DNA of 53,157 nucleotides, from contig DDXT01000036.1 in the NCBI GenBank assembly GCA_002347755.1, forward strand, positions 1 through 53,157, read 5' to 3'. The notes under the pieces were generated by a model. The model saw only the letters and a list, made by a program, of their open reading frames with translations, searched no databases and was not told the DNA's origin. Below are positions 1 through 9,800 of this stretch, in pieces. The number at the start of each line of letters is the position of its first letter. Positions within the stretch are counted from its first letter, which is position 1. A program made the position numbers and the translations under genes. The stretch is from Bacillales bacterium UBA2253. Its GTDB lineage: Bacteria > Bacillota_I > Bacilli_A > ML615J-28 > CAG-698.

Positions 1-28
1 ACAACCTATATTTATTATACGTGAAATC

Positions 29-1264
29 ATGGAACCATTAGCATACAAACTTCGGCCTCTGACCATTGATGACGTCGTCGGCCAAAACCATTTGGTTGGA
101 AAAAACGGCGTGATCAGAAAAATGCTGGCCCATAAGCAGTTGCCATCGCTGATTCTTTACGGAAATCCCGGGACCGGAAAAACGACCATTGCCATGGTCA
201 TCAGTCACGATCTGAACATCCCCTTTTTTACTTTTAACGCTTCGACGGACAATAAAGCCAAATTAAAAGAGATCATCGACGCCAGCGAGAAAAATGAGCG
301 CACCATCCTGATCATTGATGAAATTCACCGGATGAAAAAAGACATCCAGGATTATCTTTTGCCTTGCGTCGAAAACGGCAGCATCACCATGATCGGGATT
401 ACAACCATCAATCCTTATCATTCCGTCAACCCCGCTGTTCGCTCCCGTTGTTTGGTTTTGAAACTCAATGCTCTGACCAACAGCGATTTGGAACAGATAT
501 TGATCAAAGCCCTCAAAGCGCTGGATCCGGAACTGACCATGGTTTCTGAAGCCAAGGATTATTTGGTGGGAATGGCCAACGGCGACGCCAGGTCGCTGAT
601 CAACATGATCGAAGGGATCTTCTTTTCGCTTGGGGATGCCAAAGCCATCAGTTATGAATTAGCCAAAGAGATCATTTTGAAACCGGCCCTGAATATTGAT
701 AAAAACGAAGACAGTTATTACGATACGCTGAGCGGACTCCATAAATCGATTCGCGGCAGCGATGTGGATGCCAGTTTGCATTATCTCGCCAAACTGCTTT
801 CCGCGGAAGATTTCCTGCCCTTGGTTCGGCGTCTTTATTGCATTTGCTATGAAGACATCTCTCTGGCCAATCCGGGCATGGGGCCGAAAGTCCGGGCTGC
901 TTGTGAAGCGGCTTTGGATCTGGGCATGCCGGAAGCCCGGCTACCGCTGGCCAGCATTGTCACGGAAATGGCCTTGTCCCCAAAGTCAAACAGCACCCTA
1001 TTAGCCATTGATGCCGCTTTAAAAGACATTGAGGAAGGCCGAAGCGGGACTTTACCGCTACATTTGAAAAACCAGTATTCATTTGATCCGCGCCAAACTC
1101 CTTATAAATACCCGCACGATTTTCCGGGCGCTTGGGTCAAACAGCAATACCTGCCGGACGCCATCAAAGACGTTCGCTACTTCACCCCCAAAATCACCAG
1201 TAAAAACGAAGAAATGTTAAAAGAACGCTGGGATGCTTTAGAAAAAGCCAAAAACCAAAAATAA
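29..1264 (+). CDS. rarA: Replication-associated recombination protein A (RarA/MgsA AAA+ ATPase)
   Basis: 411-aa ORF. Walker A GNPGTGKTT, Walker B LIIDEIHR, MgsA-type C-terminal region (YYDTLSGLHKSIRGSD). Confidence 0.9.
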   Translation: MEPLAYKLRPLTIDDVVGQNHLVGKNGVIRKMLAHKQLPSLILYGNPGTGKTTIAMVISHDLNIPFFTFNASTDNKAKLKEIIDASEKNERTILIIDEIHRMKKDIQDYLLPCVENGSITMIGITTINPYHSVNPAVRSRCLVLKLNALTNSDLEQILIKALKALDPELTMVSEAKDYLVGMANGDARSLINMIEGIFFSLGDAKAISYELAKEIILKPALNIDKNEDSYYDTLSGLHKSIRGSDVDASLHYLAKLLSAEDFLPLVRRLYCICYEDISLANPGMGPKVRAACEAALDLGMPEARLPLASIVTEMALSPKSNSTLLAIDAALKDIEEGRSGTLPLHLKNQYSFDPRQTPYKYPHDFPGAWVKQQYLPDAIKDVRYFTPKITSKNEEMLKERWDALEKAKNQK

Positions 1265-1281
1265 TCCCAGAGAAGGCCGAT

Positions 1282-2757
1282 ATGCGTAAAATAATCCTGC
1301 TTTTTCTTATTTTAACGACGATTTTATGCGGCTGTGAAGCGACGAATCCTTTTGTGATCGAAGATAGCACCATCGTCGATTTTAGGGAGGGTTCCAAGGA
1401 TCTGGTCTCGTTGGTCATTCCCGAAGGGGTTACCGAGATCCGTCCAAACTTGTCGTTTTTCCCAAATCTGAAGAATCTCTTTTTCCCCAAAACCATCACC
1501 AAGATCCCATCGTCTTTGCTTGCAGGCTGCCATGAATTGGAAGCCATAACCGTCGCTTCCGGAAATACGGCTTACGCATCCATGGACGGAATCCTTTATT
1601 CCGCGAACATGAACATTCTGGTAAAATATCCCGAAGGAAAAACCGATCAAGAGATCGTCATTGCCGTCCCAACCATTGCGAAAGGAGCCTTCCAAAACAA
1701 CCCTTATTTAAAGAAAGTGACCATGACGGAAGCGGTTCTTCGCCTCTTTCCCTCCGCTTTTGAAAATTGCGAAACCCTTTCGGAAGTAGTCCTCTCCGAA
1801 GTTTTGTTGGAAATACCGGAAAAAGCTTTTAAAAATTGCGTAAGCCTGGCGGAACTGGAAATTCCCGGGTCGGTCAAAACGATCGGAGATTTGGCTTTTG
1901 AAAACTGTCTTTCCTTGTCCGTTCTTAACATACCCGAGTCGGTTCTTTTCCTCAAATCCAAAGCCTTTGCCAACTTTTCCAACCTTCAGGTCATCAATTT
2001 CGCTCGCGGCGAAGCTTTTCAATTTTGGAACAATGACTGGGACGATAATTGCCAAGCCGTAATCAATTTTCTTGGAGAAATGGTTCTCGAAAATCTTTAC
2101 CTGGCGTTGGGAGATTCTTTGGCGGCTGGATACCAAAGCGATAACACCATGGGGAGCAGTTATACCGATTACGTTGGGGAAAAACTGCTAATCGCGGGAA
2201 TTGTCAACCGGTTCTCCAAAGAATTTGCTCTGAGCGGGATGACTTCTTATGGTCTCAGGTTCCGTTTGGAACACGATCTTTTCCAAGACTCGCAAGGGCG
2301 GACTTTGTTGGAAGCCGCCCAAACCGCTTCCATCGTTACCATTTCGATCGGCGCCAACGATTTGCTTAACCAAATTGAAATTGATTTTGAAAATTCGAAC
2401 ATCATTTACGATTTGGACGCCATCGAATATGCCCTCGGCGCTCTTACCGAAAACCTGACTTCGGTCATCAGCCAGTTGGCCGCGGTTAGTCCAAACGCCG
2501 AGATCTACGTGTTGGGGTATTATATGCCCCTCCCTTACATGGCGGGATTATTTTCCGATGCGGATTACCGGATTTTTGCTCAGCTGGACGAGACCTTGCA
2601 GGCCATCGCTTTGGAAACCGGAGCCACTTTTGTAGACATCTCTTCGGTGTCCTCAACGACCTTCATCCCCAATCCGCTCAACATTCACCCCGGCCCGGCG
2701 GGTTATCGCTACATCTCGGAAATTGTTTTTCAGGAAATCATCAATAATCGTCAATAA
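1282..2757 (+). CDS. Lipoprotein: N-terminal leucine-rich-repeat (BspA-like) domain fused to a C-terminal SGNH/GDSL hydrolase domain
   Basis: Signal peptide with lipobox ([10 protein letters not shown]). Repeated ~23-aa LxxIxIPxxVxxIgxxAFxxC units. C-terminal half has GDSLAAGY (block I), GANDL (block III) and a HPGPAGY-type block V. Confidence 0.7.
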   Translation: MRKIILLFLILTTILCGCEATNPFVIEDSTIVDFREGSKDLVSLVIPEGVTEIRPNLSFFPNLKNLFFPKTITKIPSSLLAGCHELEAITVASGNTAYASMDGILYSANMNILVKYPEGKTDQEIVIAVPTIAKGAFQNNPYLKKVTMTEAVLRLFPSAFENCETLSEVVLSEVLLEIPEKAFKNCVSLAELEIPGSVKTIGDLAFENCLSLSVLNIPESVLFLKSKAFANFSNLQVINFARGEAFQFWNNDWDDNCQAVINFLGEMVLENLYLALGDSLAAGYQSDNTMGSSYTDYVGEKLLIAGIVNRFSKEFALSGMTSYGLRFRLEHDLFQDSQGRTLLEAAQTASIVTISIGANDLLNQIEIDFENSNIIYDLDAIEYALGALTENLTSVISQLAAVSPNAEIYVLGYYMPLPYMAGLFSDADYRIFAQLDETLQAIALETGATFVDISSVSSTTFIPNPLNIHPGPAGYRYISEIVFQEIINNRQ

Positions 2758-2828
2758 TAAAAAAAAACTTGCGTTCCTTTGGATATTGTTGTATAATACA
2801 AAGTAGTAAAAAATCAGGAGGGACACAC

Positions 2829-2984
2829 ATGCGCGTTACATTTTTAATGAAGTGCTCGGTTTGTGGCGAAGAAAACTATTTGACCGAAAAAAATAAACAA
2901 ACAACTCCCGACCGCTTGGAACAAATGAAGTATTGTCCAAAATGTCGCAAACAAACTCTGCATAAAGAAAAAGCCAAAAAATAA
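2829..2984 (+). CDS. rpmG: 50S ribosomal protein L33 (zinc-ribbon form)
   Basis: [17 protein letters not shown]...[13 protein letters not shown]. The ORF-track start at 2769 was trimmed to the ATG at 2829, which follows AGGAGGG (2816-2822). Confidence 0.9.
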   Translation: MRVTFLMKCSVCGEENYLTEKNKQTTPDRLEQMKYCPKCRKQTLHKEKAKK

Positions 2985-2994
2985 TCAAAAAAAG

Positions 2995-3020
2995 GACAAA
3001 CCAGAATTTGTCTTTTTTTT
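2995..3020 (+). terminator. Intrinsic terminator after rpmG
   Basis: Stem gacaaa/tttgtc followed by T8. Confidence 0.6.
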
Positions 3021-3106
3021 ATGCCGGCGATAAATTTCTTGATATTTTTGGTTCATTGTGTTAAAATAATCTAAGTAAAAATGAAAATATACAGAGGACA
3101 AAAAAT

Positions 3107-3562
3107 ATGGAAAATAACGTACAGCTCCCGGAGGAGAATGTCAAACCCACGAAACTTAAACGCCCAGAAAAAAGGAAACTTCGCGTGATCAACCGCTTGA
3201 TCCTTGGCGAGATCAACGGTCCGAAAGCCGCGAAACTTTTGAAGATCACCGCCCGTCAGGTTCGGAATCTGAAGCGCCAGGTCCTCCGTGAAGGCGAACT
3301 TGGGGTTGTTCACAAGAACCGCTTCCATAAACCGATCAATACCTATGACGAAGAAATACGAGTCGAATTGGCTCATGTTTATCGGACAGAATATCGGGGA
3401 ACCAACTTTACCGAATTTGCCCGCATCATGCGTGAAGAACGAGGATATACGCTCTCCCGGAGCACCATTTATAACATTCTCCGCCAAAAGCACATCCGTT
3501 CGCCGCAACGCAAACGGGTAAAACATAAGAAAACCGAAACTACAACAATTAACACTCTATAG
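3107..3562 (+). pseudogene. N-terminal HTH fragment of an rve-superfamily transposase (ISNCY/IS481-like); DDE catalytic domain missing
   Basis: 151 aa with the layout typical of these transposases (KLRVINRLILGEINGPKAAKLLKITARQVRNLKRQ...VHKNRFHKP...YRGTNFTEFARIM...YTLSRSTIYNIL). It ends after the HTH region, directly at the ispG ribosome-binding site, and no integrase core follows. Confidence 0.6.
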
Positions 3563-3571
3563 GAGGGTAAA

Positions 3572-4642
3572 ATGGCAAGAAAGATCACTCGGATCGTCAG
3601 CGTCGGAAACCTCAAAATCGGAGGAAATCATCCCATCGCCATCCAAAGCATGACGAACACCAAAACCAAAGATGTTAAGGCAACAGTTCGTCAAATCCTT
3701 GATCTGGAAAACGCCGGCTGCGAGATCATCAGGGTGGCCGTGCTGGACATGGATGATGCTTTGGCCATCAAAGCCATCAAAACGAAGATTCAAATTCCTT
3801 TGGTGGCGGACATCCATTTTGATTATCGCCTGGCCCTTGCCGCCATTGATTCGGGCGCGGACAAACTTCGCATCAATCCGGGTAACATCGGGTCAACCGA
3901 ACGAATCAAACTGGTAGTTGAAGCTTGCCAAGCAAAACACATTCCCATCCGCATCGGCATCAATGCCGGTTCGTTGGAAAAAGGCCTTCTGGAAAAGTAT
4001 CTGCATCCTTGCGCGGATGCCATGATTGAAAGTGCCCGAAAACACATTGAAATCCTTGAGAACCTCGGCTTTCATGACATTGTTTTGTCTTTGAAAGCTT
4101 CCGATGTTCCGATGACCATTGAAGCCTACCAGAAAGCCAGCGCCGCCTTTGCATACCCTCTTCACATCGGAATCACGGAATCAGGAACCAAATTCTCAGG
4201 AACCATTCGTTCTTCCATCGGTCTTGGCATCCTGCTCAATGAAGGCATCGGCGATACCATCCGCGTTTCTTTGAGCGCCGATCCGCTCGAGGAAGTCAAA
4301 GTCGCCAAAGAGATACTTTCTGCTTTTGGGTTGCTCCAAAAACCGATTTTGGTCGCTTGCCCGACCTGCGGCCGGCTGCAATATGACATGTTTCCGATCG
4401 TCAATGAGATTGAAGCCTTCTTGGACACCTTGGGAGACATCAAACTGAAAGTCGCCATCATGGGTTGTGCCGTTAACGGACCGGGTGAAGCCGCCGAAGC
4501 CGACATTGCCATCGCCGGTGGAGCCAACGGAGCGCTTCTGATCAAAAACGGAAAGATCATCCGCCGCATCGAACAGGCGGACCTCATCAGCGAACTGAAA
4601 AAAGAAATTTTCCAATATATTTCCGAAACAAAAAGAGCATGA
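3572..4642 (+). CDS. ispG: 4-hydroxy-3-methylbut-2-enyl diphosphate synthase (MEP pathway)
   Basis: 356 aa. GcpE-type sequence ([39 protein letters not shown]). RBS GGAGGG. Confidence 0.92.
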   Translation: MARKITRIVSVGNLKIGGNHPIAIQSMTNTKTKDVKATVRQILDLENAGCEIIRVAVLDMDDALAIKAIKTKIQIPLVADIHFDYRLALAAIDSGADKLRINPGNIGSTERIKLVVEACQAKHIPIRIGINAGSLEKGLLEKYLHPCADAMIESARKHIEILENLGFHDIVLSLKASDVPMTIEAYQKASAAFAYPLHIGITESGTKFSGTIRSSIGLGILLNEGIGDTIRVSLSADPLEEVKVAKEILSAFGLLQKPILVACPTCGRLQYDMFPIVNEIEAFLDTLGDIKLKVAIMGCAVNGPGEAAEADIAIAGGANGALLIKNGKIIRRIEQADLISELKKEIFQYISETKRA

Positions 4643-4674
4643 CCGTTGAAAGCGGTCATGCTCTTATTTTTTAT
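4635..4674 (+). terminator. Hairpin terminator between convergent ispG and copZ (probably bidirectional)
   Basis: 11-bp stem gagcatgaccg/cggtcatgctc with a 7-nt loop. T-run downstream and A-run upstream. Confidence 0.7.
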
Positions 4675-4877
4675 TTTATTTCCAGTACTTTGTAACCAAG
4701 ATCTTCGATTGCGGACCGAATGAGTTTTTCATCAATCTCTTTTTTTAAATTCAGTTCCGCGCTCTTGTTTTCAAGGCTGACAGTTGCTTGAACGCCTTTC
4801 AGGGCGTTCAGGGCTTTATCGATCCTTTTTACGCAATGTTGGCAGGACATTCCTTCAATTTTAACGGTTTTAATCAT
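4671..4877 (-). CDS. copZ: Copper chaperone, heavy-metal-associated domain
   Basis: MIKTVKIEGMSCQHCVKRI... (MxCxxC). The start was trimmed from 4931 to the ATG at 4877, which follows AGGAGGAAAA. Confidence 0.8.
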   Translation of the reverse strand: MIKTVKIEGMSCQHCVKRIDKALNALKGVQATVSLENKSAELNLKKEIDEKLIRSAIEDLGYKVLEIK

Positions 4878-4890
4878 GAATTTTCCTCCT

Positions 4891-6129
4891 TTACTTTTCC
4901 GAATCGGGTTCGTCTTCTTCCAAGAGAGCAACTTCGCTGCTTACATTGGTCAAACCCGGCAGTTTGTTTAAGCGACTTCGGATTTTTCGGGTCCGGACGC
5001 CCACTAATTTATCCAAATCATCATTGGCTTGGGTGATTTTCTTTTGCGCTTGTTCCAAAACCGTCCCGAAGTTTTCAAATTCGGTGCGGACTTCATTCAA
5101 GATCTTCCAAACCTCGCTGCTCCGTTTTTGGATGGCAATGGCGCTGAAACCCATGTGAAGCGAATTGAGCAAGGCCGCCATGGTGGTCGGACCAGCGACC
5201 ATGATTTTCGAATCCCTTTGAAGGGTTTCCGCGATCCCGCTTTTGATGACTTCGGCGTAAAGTCCTTCAACCGGAAGAAACATGATGGCAAAATCGGTGG
5301 TATTGGGAATATCAATGTACTTGTCATGGATCTTTTTGGCTTCCATGACGATTTTTTTCTTCAGAAATTCCAGACTGGCCTTGATTTCGTCCGGATTAAG
5401 GGTATCATAAGCATCCAAAAGTTTTTGATAATCCTCCAAAGGGAATTTGGCGTCGATCGGCAAGTAAACCGGCGTGCCTTCGCCCGGGAACTTAATGGCA
5501 AACTCGACTCGTTCGGTACTTCCCTTCTTGGTCGGGAAATTGGTTTCATATTGGTCCGGAGAAAGGATTTGTTCCAAAATGCTTCCGAGCTGCGTTTCTC
5601 CCATGGTGCCGCGGGTCTTGACGTTGGATAAAGTTCGTTGCAAACTGCTGACGTCTTTGGCCAGGATTTGCATCTCTCCCAAACCTTTGTAGACCTCTTC
5701 CAAGCGCTGACTGACCAAATTGAAGGATTTGGAGATTCGGTCTTCCAGAGTCTTCTGAAGCTTTTCGTCCACGGTGTTGCGGATCTCATCCAACTTTTTG
5801 GAGTTTTCGGTCGTTAAGTTGCTTACTTGAGCAATCAAAGCGCTGCGAATGTATTCCAATTTTTGTTCCGTCAGCTTACTGGAATTTTGCAGGGTGTCCG
5901 AAACCATTTTTAGGCTTTCGGTCTGTTGTTTGGAAACATGGTCATTAAGAGTCGAAAGCATGGTTCCGAGGTTTTGAATGGCGTTGGTGGTCGAATTGTT
6001 GATCTCCATGCGAGTGTTTTTCAATTCGTCCTCAAAACGGGTTTTCGGTTTTTTGAGCAGTAAAATGATCAGGATTATGATGGCCGCTACCAGCAAACCT
6101 ATGATAATCCATTCAGCGAGAGTGGGCAT
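4891..6129 (-). CDS. rmuC: DNA recombination protein RmuC
   Basis: 412 aa. N-terminal TM helix, long coiled-coil, RmuC C-terminal nuclease-like region (FAIMFLPVEGLYAE). Confidence 0.8.
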   Translation of the reverse strand: MPTLAEWIIIGLLVAAIIILIILLLKKPKTRFEDELKNTRMEINNSTTNAIQNLGTMLSTLNDHVSKQQTESLKMVSDTLQNSSKLTEQKLEYIRSALIAQVSNLTTENSKKLDEIRNTVDEKLQKTLEDRISKSFNLVSQRLEEVYKGLGEMQILAKDVSSLQRTLSNVKTRGTMGETQLGSILEQILSPDQYETNFPTKKGSTERVEFAIKFPGEGTPVYLPIDAKFPLEDYQKLLDAYDTLNPDEIKASLEFLKKKIVMEAKKIHDKYIDIPNTTDFAIMFLPVEGLYAEVIKSGIAETLQRDSKIMVAGPTTMAALLNSLHMGFSAIAIQKRSSEVWKILNEVRTEFENFGTVLEQAQKKITQANDDLDKLVGVRTRKIRSRLNKLPGLTNVSSEVALLEEDEPDSEK

Positions 6130-6146
6130 TTGATTCTCCTTTCAAT

Positions 6147-7514
6147 TTATCGGTTATTGGGTTCTTCGAGATTAGTTTTTTGATTCAAGTTATCTTGGGT
6201 GGCGCGTTTTCGGTACATTTCGCCGATTCGCGCTCGTTTGGCTTGACGAACTTGTTTTTTTATCATTTCATTGCGTTTTTTCCGGTAGCCCGGTTTGACT
6301 TTTTTGGAAACCGGAATTGAAGCATGGATCTCGGATTCGATCCGGTAATCTTTACGAACGCGGTTGCTCCGGGCATTCCGAATTTTGGTTGGAACCAGTT
6401 CGTTGTCCTTGAGCGTTTTGTAAACGCAACGCAGACCCTTGGCCTCAAGCTGATTCATGTAAGCATCGTCATCGAAGTCGTAAAAGGAAATCGCGGTTCC
6501 GGTGAAGTCGGCCCGGGCGGTTCGGCCGGTGCGGTGAATGTAAAACTCGACGTCATTCGGCAATTCATAATTGATGACATGGCTGACGCCCAGAATGTCG
6601 ATTCCCCGCGCAGCAATGTCGCTCGCGACAACATATTGAAATTCGCCGTCTTTAATGCGTTTCAGGACTTGTTTCCGGGCTCGGGCTTCCAAATCGCCGG
6701 TCAGTTTCCCGACCCGTAGTTTGTTCTCGGCCAAGAAATCCGCAATCTCATTGACTTTTGTTTTGGTATTCGCGAAAATTAGAGCCAAATACGGCTGAAA
6801 ATTGGTGAGCAAAGACAAAAGCAAATCGTTCTTGTTCTTGTTTTTCGTCGGGATGAAAATGTGAGTGATGGAACTTTTCGAGACTTCGGAAGGCGATAAG
6901 TCAATGACTTCAAATTTTCCGAAATATTTATTCAAAAAACCGAGAACTTCTTTAGGGAAGGTCGCGGAAAACACCAAAACCTGCACCTCGGGAGCGAACT
7001 TTCCGAATACCCCGTCAATTTCTTCAATTTCGGTATCCTCGAAAAGCATGTCCGCTTCGTCAATGACGATCGTCTTGGCGGTGTGGATCTTTAAAAACCC
7101 GTTGTCGAAGGCCAGATCTTTCAATTTACCGATGGTTCCGATCACGATTTGCGGTTGGCTTTTGGAAAGTTTCTCGATTTCCGAGTCCCGATTTGATCCA
7201 CCAACGAAAGTCCGGACATCAATCGGTTCGGGACTGAATTTGGTGATCTTGCGAATCTCTTCTTCCGTTTGCCCAGCCAGTTCGCGGGTCGGAACGATTA
7301 TGCAAATCTCGCAATCGTTGCCCGACCCCAAATCATTAAGGAGCGGGAGCAAAAAGGCATGCGTCTTTCCAGTCCCGGTTTGGCTTTTTCCGATGACATT
7401 CTCCCCTTTCATGATTTTAGGAATGACAATCTTCTGAATGTTGGTGGGTTCGGTGAACTTCAGTTCATCCAAACCCTGATATATGAATTTTTTGAACTGA
7501 TACTGTTTAAACAT
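6147..7514 (-). CDS. DEAD-box ATP-dependent RNA helicase
   Basis: Q-motif, GKSQTGTGKT, VIDEADML (DEAD), SAT, HRTGRTAR. Basic C-terminal tail. Confidence 0.9.
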   Translation of the reverse strand: MFKQYQFKKFIYQGLDELKFTEPTNIQKIVIPKIMKGENVIGKSQTGTGKTHAFLLPLLNDLGSGNDCEICIIVPTRELAGQTEEEIRKITKFSPEPIDVRTFVGGSNRDSEIEKLSKSQPQIVIGTIGKLKDLAFDNGFLKIHTAKTIVIDEADMLFEDTEIEEIDGVFGKFAPEVQVLVFSATFPKEVLGFLNKYFGKFEVIDLSPSEVSKSSITHIFIPTKNKNKNDLLLSLLTNFQPYLALIFANTKTKVNEIADFLAENKLRVGKLTGDLEARARKQVLKRIKDGEFQYVVASDIAARGIDILGVSHVINYELPNDVEFYIHRTGRTARADFTGTAISFYDFDDDAYMNQLEAKGLRCVYKTLKDNELVPTKIRNARSNRVRKDYRIESEIHASIPVSKKVKPGYRKKRNEMIKKQVRQAKRARIGEMYRKRATQDNLNQKTNLEEPNNR

Positions 7515-8811
7515 GGACTACCTCTTTCGCCGTTGATACCGGATATCCGGCCTTTTTTATAATTACTTTCACAAGATCGTTTTTTCGAGCCGTAAGGCTT
7601 GGAAATTCAATTTCCAAATAATTGGCCGAATGACCGAAAGCCAATCCCATTTGGTTTCTTTCTACGATGACTTCCAAAATCTGGCCTTCAAATTTTTGAC
7701 GATATTCCAAGGCCTTTTTTTGGTTTAAAGCCAACAATTCATTGACCCGGTAATGTTTGGTCATTTCATCAATTTGGTCCGGATAATTGAAAGCCGGGGT
7801 TCCGATCCGGCGGGAATAAGGAAAGATGTGCGTCTCGCCAAAATTCAGGGAATCGACGAACTGAAAGGTTTTAGAAAAATCTGCGGCGGTCTCACCGGAA
7901 AAACCAGTCATGATGTCGGTGCTGATGTTAACCCCGGGAAAGATGGCACGAATCTGGGCAATTTTATCGGAATAATATTCAAGATCGTATTTTCGATGCA
8001 TTCTTTTCAGTGTTTCATCGCATCCGCCTTGCAATGGAATATGAAAATGATCGCAGACATGAGCGGAATTGGCGCAGATGGCCTCCAATAATTTGGGGGT
8101 GACATCGGTGGCTTCAATCGAGGAAACGCGAATCCGTCCCAAATTTCGAACCTTTTGGGTCAATTCGGTAAGCAAATCGGCCAAGTCATGGTTTCCGAGG
8201 TCTTCCCCGTAGGCACCAGAATTGATTCCCGCCAAAACGATTTCCCGGATTCCCTGATCAGTAAGCAATTGAACTTCCGCGATCACATTTTCGGGTTTCC
8301 GGCTGCGAACTCGGCCCCGGGCATAGGGGATGGCGCAATAACTACAAAAGTTATTGCATCCGTCTTCGATCTTGACAAAGCCGCGGGATTTGTTCGCGAA
8401 CCGATCGATCTTCAATTCTTCATAAACTTTTTCTTGCTTGACGTCCTGGATCGCAAAATGGGGGGCTTTGTCTAAAAGCGCGGCGGAAACCAGTTCAAAT
8501 AAACGATGGCGTTCAGTCGTTCCGATCAAAACGTCCACTCCTCTGATTTTAGCGACCTCATCCAGATGAAGCTGCGCAAAACAACCCATGACCGCAACGA
8601 TCGCATCTGGGTTGCTTTTGACGGCCCGACGAATCATTTTCCGGCTTTTCACATCCGAAACCGCCGTGACGGTGCAAGTATTGATGATATATACATCGCT
8701 TTGCTCTCCAAACTCAACCAGTTCATATCCATGATTCATAAAATCATTGATGATGGCCATGGATTCGTATTCGTTGACTTTGCAGCCAAGCGAGCAATAA
8801 CTAACTTTCAT
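7507..8811 (-). CDS. mtaB: Radical-SAM methylthiotransferase, MtaB (YqeV)-like
   Basis: UPF0004 N-domain, CNNFCSYC radical-SAM motif, TRAM-like C-terminus. Gene order dnaJ-rsmE-mtaB as in Bacillus (yqeU-yqeV). Confidence 0.75.
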   Translation of the reverse strand: MKVSYCSLGCKVNEYESMAIINDFMNHGYELVEFGEQSDVYIINTCTVTAVSDVKSRKMIRRAVKSNPDAIVAVMGCFAQLHLDEVAKIRGVDVLIGTTERHRLFELVSAALLDKAPHFAIQDVKQEKVYEELKIDRFANKSRGFVKIEDGCNNFCSYCAIPYARGRVRSRKPENVIAEVQLLTDQGIREIVLAGINSGAYGEDLGNHDLADLLTELTQKVRNLGRIRVSSIEATDVTPKLLEAICANSAHVCDHFHIPLQGGCDETLKRMHRKYDLEYYSDKIAQIRAIFPGVNISTDIMTGFSGETAADFSKTFQFVDSLNFGETHIFPYSRRIGTPAFNYPDQIDEMTKHYRVNELLALNQKKALEYRQKFEGQILEVIVERNQMGLAFGHSANYLEIEFPSLTARKNDLVKVIIKKAGYPVSTAKEVVHV

Positions 8812-9550
8812 TTTTTAACTCCGCTTCATAACTAATGGCGCACATGGCATACAGAGGTGCGGTTTCACACCTGAGGATCCGGGGACCCAAACCAACCGCG
8901 TGAAAACCGCTTTGGTCCAGCCGTTCAGCTTCCTGAGGACTGATTCCCCCTTCAGGTCCGGTCAAAAACAAAATTGAACGTCCCGAAAAACGCTTTAAGA
9001 TCCCTTTCAAAGAAAAATCGTCCGTCTTTCCCCGTTCTTCATAGGCATAAAGACAGAGGTCAAAGTTTTTGCTCATTTCCAGAAAACTTTTGAAACTGGT
9101 TATTGGCAAAACCAGAAGCAGTTTATTCCGAAGCGATTGTTCGGAAGCTTCTTTGACGATCAAAGCCATCCGGTCAAGTTTCGCCCCCGGCGTAACCTTG
9201 GCCTTTACCATGCTTCGGGCCATCTCGACCGGAACAAAACCGGCCGCTCCGAGTTCGACGATCCGTCGCAGGACTTCTTCCTGTTTGGGGAATTTGGTCA
9301 GCCCCATGGCAATGGTGACTTCCCAAGGCAGTTCGGTATTGCGATCTAGCTTTTTCTCGATTTTCAAAATCACTTGATTAGTTGCCAGCTGGTCAATGAT
9401 GCAAGCATAAACGTTTCCGGTTTCATCCGCGGCTTCAACCGCCATTCCCGGCTGCATGCGCATGACATTTTTGATGTGATGGCAGTCACTTCCGAGAATG
9501 ACCACAATTCCGCTGCTAATTTGTTGGTTGGTCACAAAATATCTTTGCAT
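8801..9550 (-). CDS. rsmE: 16S rRNA (uracil1498-N3)-methyltransferase
   Basis: MQRYFV... start, trimmed from 9604. C-terminal SPOUT region (GPEGGISPQE...LGPRILRCETA). Confidence 0.85.
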   Translation of the reverse strand: MQRYFVTNQQISSGIVVILGSDCHHIKNVMRMQPGMAVEAADETGNVYACIIDQLATNQVILKIEKKLDRNTELPWEVTIAMGLTKFPKQEEVLRRIVELGAAGFVPVEMARSMVKAKVTPGAKLDRMALIVKEASEQSLRNKLLLVLPITSFKSFLEMSKNFDLCLYAYEERGKTDDFSLKGILKRFSGRSILFLTGPEGGISPQEAERLDQSGFHAVGLGPRILRCETAPLYAMCAISYEAELKNES

Positions 9551-9610
9551 ATCGTACCTTCGCAAATTACTATGGTTTATTATACCATTTTTCTGATCAA
9601 ACAAAAGAAA

Positions 9611-9630
9611 AATGCTAGATTTCTAGCATT
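9611..9630. repeat. Flanking copy 1 of the duplicated dnaJ terminator hairpin
   Basis: aatgctagatttctagcatt. It is the exact reverse complement of 9801-9820: the stems are identical and only the central loop bases are flipped. On the minus strand it is followed by the T-run tttcttttgt. Confidence 0.85.
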
Positions 9631-9800
9631 TCAGACTGATGACAAACCTCATTTTCAAAGATGGGGTTCGTTTATTGTTCCACAACCATCTTGAAAAAAC
9701 CAAAAAAACACTTTTTTAGACTCGAAAAAGATATCTTTTTGGTGCCATTGTCCCATTTTATGACAAGAAAAAACGAGCGTTGACTTTGTCAACGCTCTGA
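9631..9800. mobile_element. Miniature TIR-bounded element (MITE-like), copy 1
   Basis: 170 bp, ~94% identical by eye to 32021-32189. Imperfect terminal inverted repeats TTCAGACTGATGACAAAC / TTCAGAGCGTTGACAAAG (14/18). Three internal hairpins. Confidence 0.7.

Noticed and set aside
9374-9694. ORFs in the track crossing the MITE copies (9374-9694 plus strand; 32062-32433 minus strand).
   Set aside because: They span repeat or terminator sequence and overlap rsmE and folC in other frames, and they carry no translation signals.
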